Of a DNA stretch of 57,000 bases, positions 56,496-57,000 are shown piece after piece. Made by a program: the position numbers and the translations under genes. The DNA is from Mustelus asterias (taxonomy: Eukaryota). Each line of letters opens with the position of its first letter. Positions within the stretch are counted from its first letter, which is position 1. The notes below the pieces were generated by a model. That model ran no database searches. It was not told where the DNA came from and saw nothing but the letters and a program-made list of their open reading frames with translations. The DNA is taken from the NCBI RefSeq assembly GCF_964213995.1, contig NW_027590144.1, forward strand, positions 1,240,001-1,297,000, given 5' to 3'.

Positions 56496-57000
56496 GATAA
56501 TTTAAATGCTTGAACCCAATTTGCTTCAATGTTTTGAAGAAGATAAAGTGGTCAATAATCATTACAAAACATCCGCATGTAGAAAGATTGGAGCCTGATA
56601 TTGGTCAGAGGCCAGAGCGAGTGAGAGAAGGTGTGTCTGATGTGGGAAAGGATGTGAAAATATGAATGTAAACCCAACATTGAGAGCTGCTTTCTGAATT
56701 ATTACACTGCAGTCATTTCAAGTATTTTCATTTCTTTTATGAATGGAAGTGACACTGAAAGGTTTTCCTCGCCGGCTGGTATTGAATTGTCAGTCATGAG
56801 GATAAGCTTTACATATCCTCTGGGGACTGTAAATCGGCTGCCTGAACTTCGCTCTCGTGTTTTGAACACATGATTGCTGAGTTACTGGAAGCGCTGACAT
56901 TATTATCTCTGAAACAAATCGCAAACTCCGATGGTCGTGGCACATTGAATATACGATAAGTAACCCGATTGAAGTTAATAATTTTAAACAGAAATGCCAT

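Larger units (their letters stand above)
54110..56823. repeat. Segmental duplication arm B (inverted copy of ~22410-24910)
   Basis: Reverse-complement match, plus an extra SINE fragment at ~54546-54746 that is absent from arm A. Confidence 0.95.

Overview
This is eukaryotic genomic DNA, almost certainly from a cartilaginous fish (shark), judged from HE1/V-SINE-type SINEs, shark-type CR1 LINEs and a GPR139-like pseudogene. Bases 1-23.7k are the edge of a T-cell receptor alpha/delta-type V-segment array with eight V segments or relics carrying 23(+/-1)-spacer RSSs in both orientations. Only the segment at 20194-21280 looks intact; a close paralogue of it is split by a young CR1. The array is interleaved with Penelope-like elements bearing minimal hammerhead-ribozyme motifs, CR1/Rex1 LINE fragments and SINEs. 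Bases 29327-40312 are a very young, nearly intact epsilon/gamma-like endogenous retrovirus: 829-bp LTRs with one visible mismatch, an ATAC target-site duplication, UAG read-through gag-pol, open pol and env, and one frameshift in gag. Its Pol carries an extra ~160-aa domain with two HxT motifs (2H phosphoesterase-like) between protease and RT. Bases 42-52 kb hold a decaying tRNA cluster, including two tRNA-Pro(UGG) genes with an 18-nt canonical-position intron; these sit in a 476-bp direct repeat that exactly flanks a Tx1-like LINE fragment. A ~2.5-kb inverted segmental duplication (about 22.4-24.9k vs 54.1-56.8k) brackets the GPCR/ERV/tRNA block and carries a V relic with its RSS and an adjacent CTCF-like motif. 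All alignments and translations were done by eye, so boundaries of old repeats are approximate.
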